Positions 59,419-64,000 of a stretch of 64,000 bases of DNA are shown here, piece after piece; positions within the stretch are counted from its first letter, which is position 1; each line of letters opens with the position of its first letter. The stretch is taken from positions 780,138 to 844,137 of the forward strand of contig CAWCFX010000006.1 in NCBI GenBank assembly GCA_963795085.1. The letters are read 5' to 3'. The DNA comes from an uncultured Gemmatimonadales bacterium (GTDB lineage Bacteria > Gemmatimonadota > Gemmatimonadetes > Gemmatimonadales > GWC2-71-9). Below the pieces are notes generated by a model that made no database searches, was not told the DNA's origin, and was given only the letters and a program-made list of their open reading frames with translations. The position numbers were made by a program, and so were the translations under genes.

Positions 59419-59975
59419 ACGGTGAATAGTAAACGGTATGGATCCCTAACCCCCTGCGACCGAGCGTAGGGAGGAAGTCCTTTAGGGTTCCCCTTCCCCC
59501 GTAGATCCCTAACCCCCTGCGACCGAGCGCCCCTAAAGGGACTTCCTTCGGTCGTAGCGAGGAAGTCCTTTAGGGTTCCCCTTCCCCCGTAGATCCCTAA
59601 CCCCCTATCCCCCTTCCCCTGTACAGGGGAAGGGGGAACGTGCCTCGAGCTCAACGGTGAGCACATAGCGCAGCTGTTCTCAACTCCGGTCCCGCTTACT
59701 GCTCACCGCTTACCGGATATCCCTAACCCCCTGCGACCGAGCGCCCCTAAAGGGACTTCCTTCGGTCGTAGCGAGGAAGTCCTTTAGGGTCCCCCTTCCC
59801 CCGTAGATCCCTAACCCCCTATCCCCCTTCCCCTGTACAGGGGAAGGGGGAACGTGCCTCGAGCTCAGGCCCAACGGTGAACGGTGAACTGAGCGGGACT
59901 AGAAGCGAGATTAGCGTGAAATGGCGCAGCTTGTCTCAAGTCCAGTTCCTCTTACCGCTTCCTGCTTACCCCTTG
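59419..59975. repeat. Nested hairpin repeat cluster 1
   Basis: Multiple ATCCCTAACCCCCT-led units plus heptamer-armed hairpins. Confidence 0.92.
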
Positions 59976-59981
59976 CTGCTT

Positions 59982-60305
59982 CTACGGCCTCTCCGGCCCG
60001 TACTCCGCGTCCTCCTCCAGGTCTTCCGCCAGCCGCTCCCGGAGTGCGGTGATATCGGCCTTGAGGTCGTCTCTCTGCACGTCGGCGGGAATCCCTTCCA
60101 CCCCGGAGGCGGAGCTGAAGTGGGTCCCGACTTTCACCTTGACGTTCACCAGGAGCGCTCGGGCGAGAGCGCCGAGGCCGAGGATGGAGTCGAGGCTGTC
60201 GACCAGCTCGAGGGCGCGGTCGTGGAGGGCGGGTTTCTTGGCCGGGCCCTTGGGCACCAGCTTGAGCAGTTCGTCGCAGACGGAGAGTACGTCGTCGCGG
60301 GTCAT
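59982..60305 (-). CDS. Hypothetical protein (107 aa)
   Basis: Clean ORF with high GC3, between repeat clusters. Confidence 0.65.
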   Translation of the reverse strand: MTRDDVLSVCDELLKLVPKGPAKKPALHDRALELVDSLDSILGLGALARALLVNVKVKVGTHFSSASGVEGIPADVQRDDLKADITALRERLAEDLEEDAEYGPERP

Positions 60306-60386
60306 GGGGTCACCGTGGTCCTGTAGTCATGGCTGACTCATTAACTCGCGCCAGCGGCGGGGGAAGTGACGGGGCGCACTATGGCT

Positions 60387-60630
60387 ATCCCAACCCCCTG
60401 CGACCGAGCGAAGCGAGGAAGTCCTTTAGGGTCCCCCTTCCCCCGTAGATCCCTAACCCCCTATCCCCCTTCCCCTGTTCAGGGGAAGGGGGGACGTGCC
60501 TCGGTCCCAAGCCCAACGGGGAACAGTGAACAGTGAACGGGGCTAGAGGCGAGAGTCGTCCGGGAATAGCGCAGCTGTTCTCAACTCCGGCCCCGCTCAC
60601 CGTTTACCGCTCACCGTTTACCGTTTACCG
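60387..60630. repeat. Nested hairpin repeat cluster 2
   Basis: Same units as cluster 1. Confidence 0.92.
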
Positions 60631-60671
60631 AAATTGAGGACAGGCTGAAGCTGCCCTCGGCCTATCAAGAT

Positions 60672-60693
60672 TGTCACACCCTCCCGCTAACCT
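60672..60693 (+). promoter_or_regulatory. PafBC-type promoter (-26/-10)
   Basis: TGTCAC-ACCCTCCCGC-TAACCT. Confidence 0.6.
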
Positions 60694-60721
60694 CTGATTG
60701 ACCACTTCAAGGAGGTACCCC

Positions 60722-61117
60722 ATCGGCAGCCCGCACTTCCCCACCCCCGACCGCTCCAACTTCACCCCCAATTTCTCCAGGACCGCTGACAACGACGTGC
60801 TCGACATCGGCTGGGCCGAAGGGCTCCTGTCCGATGGACGGCCCTATCGGCTGGAGTGCTGGGCCCAGGACCAGGTCACCAGCGTATCCATCTTCGTCGC
60901 CCGGGCGGGGTTGGAGGATCTCGAGGGGACGGGTCTCCAGGCGTTCCTGGAGCGGGAGCAGCTGGTCCAGTTCGTCTCGCCGCGACGCTTTGCCAGCGCA
61001 CAGCCGTTCACCGACCCCAGCGGCAACGACCTGCTTTCGATCAGTGTAGTCGTGGGGGACGACGAGGAGAGGTATGTCGCCGGGGGACCGGCGCTTCAGC
61101 GGTACTCGCGGTCGTAA
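60722..61117 (+). CDS. Hypothetical protein; apparent ATC start (the ORF track uses TTG at 60698)
   Basis: AAGGAGG at 60709-60715 is followed by an in-frame ATC after 6 nt; protein-like sequence (DIGWAEG.LSDGRPYRLECW). Confidence 0.7.
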   Translation: MGSPHFPTPDRSNFTPNFSRTADNDVLDIGWAEGLLSDGRPYRLECWAQDQVTSVSIFVARAGLEDLEGTGLQAFLEREQLVQFVSPRRFASAQPFTDPSGNDLLSISVVVGDDEERYVAGGPALQRYSRS

Positions 61118-61123
61118 CCCGTC

Positions 61124-61565
61124 AAGCGAACTGCGCTCAGGTGCGCGGGTCTCGTTTCCAGTCCCGTGTACTGTTCACCGTTCACCGTTCGCGTAGATCC
61201 CTAACCCCCTGCGACCGAGCGAAGCGAGGAAGTCCTTCAGGGTCCCCCTTCCCCCGTAGATCCCTAACCCCCTATCCCCCTTCCCCTGTTCAGGGGAAGG
61301 GGGGACGTGCCTCGGGCCCAAGCCCAAGGGGGAACAGTGAACAGTGAACGGGGCTAGAGCCCTAACCCCCTGCGACCGAGCGTAGCGAGGAAGTCCTTTA
61401 GGGTCCCCCTTCCCCCGTACAGGGGAAGGGGGAACGTGCCTCAGCCCCTAACGGTGAGCGGTAACGGTGAACAGTAAATGGGGCTAAAGGCGAGGGTCGT
61501 CTGCGAATAGCGCAGCTGCTCTCAACTCCCGTCCCGCTCACTATTTACCGTTCACCGCTGACCGT
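61124..61565. repeat. Nested hairpin repeat cluster 3
   Basis: Same units as cluster 1; one inverted copy of the heptamer-armed element. Confidence 0.9.
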
Positions 61566-61568
61566 CTT

Positions 61569-63803
61569 TTACTGGCCCAGCAGGCGAAGGGCGGCGTTGA
61601 GAACTTCGTCCTGGCCGGCTCGGATCCCCCGAATTGTTGGTACGACCAGGAGGTCAGGAACCAATCCGATCCGCTGGAGTTGCCGGCCATCGGGAAACCG
61701 GACCGATTGACCGGTGAATCCAACAGTCACCCCGCCGGGGAGCGAGACCGACGCCAGTTCTCCGTTCGCGCCCGCCGTCGGGCCGCCCACGAAGCGAGTG
61801 CCGTTCGCGGCCCGAAAGAACATCCCGGTGTGCTCCGCCTGGCTCTGGGTCCGCTCGTCGATGAGCATCACGGTTCTTCCCCGGTACGGGACCAGGCCTT
61901 CCGGCCGTGGCGGGACGTGCTGAGAGAAGGCTTCACTCGCCGGACCCGGGGACCCATGGTTGACCATGGGCGTTTCCAGCCGCGCGGCGGGGGGTTCGCC
62001 CGTGGCCAGCCAGGGCGCGATGACCCAGAACGTTCCCTGGGGATACCCGCGCATGTCGAAGATGATGGCGCGGGTATCCTGCAGGACCCGGAACATGCTG
62101 TCCACCATGGAATACGACAGACGGTCCAGGTCCACGTATCCCACGTTTCCCGGGAGGACCCGGATGATGTCACCCGAACGTTCCCGGTGATAAAGCGTGG
62201 TGAAATCCTCTCGCCGCCGGGGAAGCACGACGGACCGGACCCGCTCGCTCGCTCCGCGCACCTGGAGGCGCACCTCCGACCCCACCGGCCCATTCATGAA
62301 ACTGATCGCGGCCTTGTCCCGCGAACTCTGGGGCGTCGAGGCCGAGATGAGTTGCTGATACCTCGCCAGGCGAGCGCCGGCGTCTTCCCCGTCCACCCGC
62401 TGGATCACGTCTCCCACCTCCAGGCCCCGGCGGGTCGAGTCGAAGAGCGCGGTCACCACCGGCTCTCCTTCCACCACCCGAACCCTGATCGGAGGATACC
62501 CCTCGCCCAGGATGCGCGTGTAGACGGACCCGGCCACGTAGGCGTGGGAATCGTGCAGTCGGACGGCCACCTGCGCGATGGCCAGGGCGTAGGCGGAATC
62601 GCTCGTCGCCTGCTGGAACCTCGGAATGAACTCCGGGAGGATCGAGTCCCAGGGCTCGTCGAGGAGATCCTTATACGGGTAGAAGTATTGCACCGTGGCC
62701 CAGAGCCGGAATAATCCCAGCAGCCGGTACTCCGGCGCGGGGTAGCCCATGGTCGGATAGCTTCGCTCCACCGGTACGGGTGCGGCGGCGGGAAGCACGG
62801 CGCGGGGAGAGCCTGGTGCCGGCGGCGTGCCAGCCAGGGCCAGGGCCGCCGCCAGCGCCCGGTCCGGCCCGGGGCCGCGACTGGGCTCTACCCGGACATC
62901 GGGGACCAGGCCGGCGCTGGTTCCGTCAGGGTGGACCGGCTCGCTCACCCGAACTTCCACCTGCACTCCCGGTGCGATGTCGAGAGCGGCGACGCTGCCG
63001 GTTCCGCCGCCCCGCGGGTCGCCCTCGAACACGATCGACCCCGTGCCCTGCGCCTGGAGGGCCAGCGCCGCGGGTGGAGGCGGGGCATGCGCGTTGACGA
63101 TGAACACGCTGGGAATGGCCCGCGCGCCGGCCGCGGCCTTGAGCCGGGGTTCGAACGTGGTCAGGAAGCCGGTGCGATACTGGCCGGAGGCGAAGGGCGA
63201 CGCCGCGGGGTACCCGACAAACACCCGCCGTCGTTCGCCGGGAGGCACGAGGTCCGCCGATGCGATGAGCCGGAGGAGGGGGCTGAGGGTGGCGGCGGCA
63301 GCCCCTCGGCCGAACGGATCGACGGGAACCGGGCTCCTCAGGTCAATCACCACGGCCCGGGCATGGGGAATCCTGGCGAGGGCGCCCTGGACCACGGCGC
63401 CGCTGGCGGGGGTGTACAGGCCATAGTAATCCCGGATGGCCAGGATCATGGTGCTGTCATCCGTCATCCTGACAACGACGGCGCGTGCATCGTCCGCGGG
63501 TTCTGCCGGGGGGCTCGCCGGTTCCACCACCCGGGTGAGGGGATCCTCGAGCACCGACAGGAGGCGGCGTATGGCCGCACGGTACTGCGTGAGACTGTCA
63601 CCTTCGCTGACGAGAGGGATCACGCTGACCAGGGCGGAATCCCAGTCGAGGTCCTTATAGGCCAGGTGGGGATGATGGAACTTGATGAAGCCCCAGGCCC
63701 GGGCCAGGCCGGCCAGCCGCTCGGACGCGGTGGGTTGCTGGGCCAGGCCGGCGGTCGAGAGCGAGAAGACGGCAAGGCTGAGGAGGAGGCCGCGTCTGAG
63801 CAT
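61569..63803 (-). CDS. S41 family peptidase
   Basis: WGFIKFHHP, YFYPY, LHDSH, PDZ, DMRGYP, QSQAE, TAGANG. Confidence 0.92.
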   Translation of the reverse strand: MLRRGLLLSLAVFSLSTAGLAQQPTASERLAGLARAWGFIKFHHPHLAYKDLDWDSALVSVIPLVSEGDSLTQYRAAIRRLLSVLEDPLTRVVEPASPPAEPADDARAVVVRMTDDSTMILAIRDYYGLYTPASGAVVQGALARIPHARAVVIDLRSPVPVDPFGRGAAAATLSPLLRLIASADLVPPGERRRVFVGYPAASPFASGQYRTGFLTTFEPRLKAAAGARAIPSVFIVNAHAPPPPAALALQAQGTGSIVFEGDPRGGGTGSVAALDIAPGVQVEVRVSEPVHPDGTSAGLVPDVRVEPSRGPGPDRALAAALALAGTPPAPGSPRAVLPAAAPVPVERSYPTMGYPAPEYRLLGLFRLWATVQYFYPYKDLLDEPWDSILPEFIPRFQQATSDSAYALAIAQVAVRLHDSHAYVAGSVYTRILGEGYPPIRVRVVEGEPVVTALFDSTRRGLEVGDVIQRVDGEDAGARLARYQQLISASTPQSSRDKAAISFMNGPVGSEVRLQVRGASERVRSVVLPRRREDFTTLYHRERSGDIIRVLPGNVGYVDLDRLSYSMVDSMFRVLQDTRAIIFDMRGYPQGTFWVIAPWLATGEPPAARLETPMVNHGSPGPASEAFSQHVPPRPEGLVPYRGRTVMLIDERTQSQAEHTGMFFRAANGTRFVGGPTAGANGELASVSLPGGVTVGFTGQSVRFPDGRQLQRIGLVPDLLVVPTIRGIRAGQDEVLNAALRLLGQ

Positions 63804-63898
63804 GGGTTCCCGGGGATTCGGTGCGGTACCAGGGGTCAGGAGGGTGCTGTATCCTCAACATGGACGATTGTCGCCCCGGGCGAGGCACAGTCGTCTGC

Positions 63899-63934
63899 GA
63901 TTGCTTCGTCGCGCTGCGCGCTCCTCGCAATGAC
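63899..63934. repeat. REP-like element half
   Basis: GATTGCTTCGTCGC..GCTCCTCGCAATGAC, a widespread bacterial palindromic repeat type. Confidence 0.65.
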
Positions 63935-64000
63935 TCCGCTATCAAAGGAAGCTGCTGTACCACACACGCCGTGTTGACATGGCATCCAGGGCCCCCCAGC

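Noticed and set aside
59419..61565. CRISPR array or integron attC cassette array
   Set aside because: No unique spacers, no convincing RYYYAAC...GTTRRRY pairs, the two ORFs are divergent, and no integrase is present.

Overview
High-GC bacterial chromosomal segment. The gene repertoire (many secreted hydrolases, eukaryote-like Ser/Thr kinases with Ig-like domains) suggests Gemmatimonadota, which is an inference only. About 50 protein genes are present: a cold-shock gene, an NHEJ locus (ligD divergent from ku, a MerR-TPR gene and DUF72), efp, an ECF42-type sigma with a YciI partner, a MATE pump, peptidases, a globin-kinase-Ig/cytochrome c cluster, a class A PBP, surE, vWA-pafB-pafC-like WYL genes, UPF0182, a K+ channel and a TetR-TolC-HlyD-ABC efflux operon. 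Several gene remnants are also present. I found no rRNA, tRNA, CRISPR-cas or transposase. Top leads: (1) a PafB/PafC-like pair outside Actinobacteria, with two PafBC-type promoter motifs (TGTCAC-N10-TAnnnT), one before the vWA gene that heads the cluster and one before an orphan ORF that seems to start at ATC; (2) a leader peptide/terminator/antiterminator attenuator upstream of the MATE gene; (3) several intergenic repeat families, including hairpin elements nested inside each other. All annotations come from reading motifs by eye; no database search was run.
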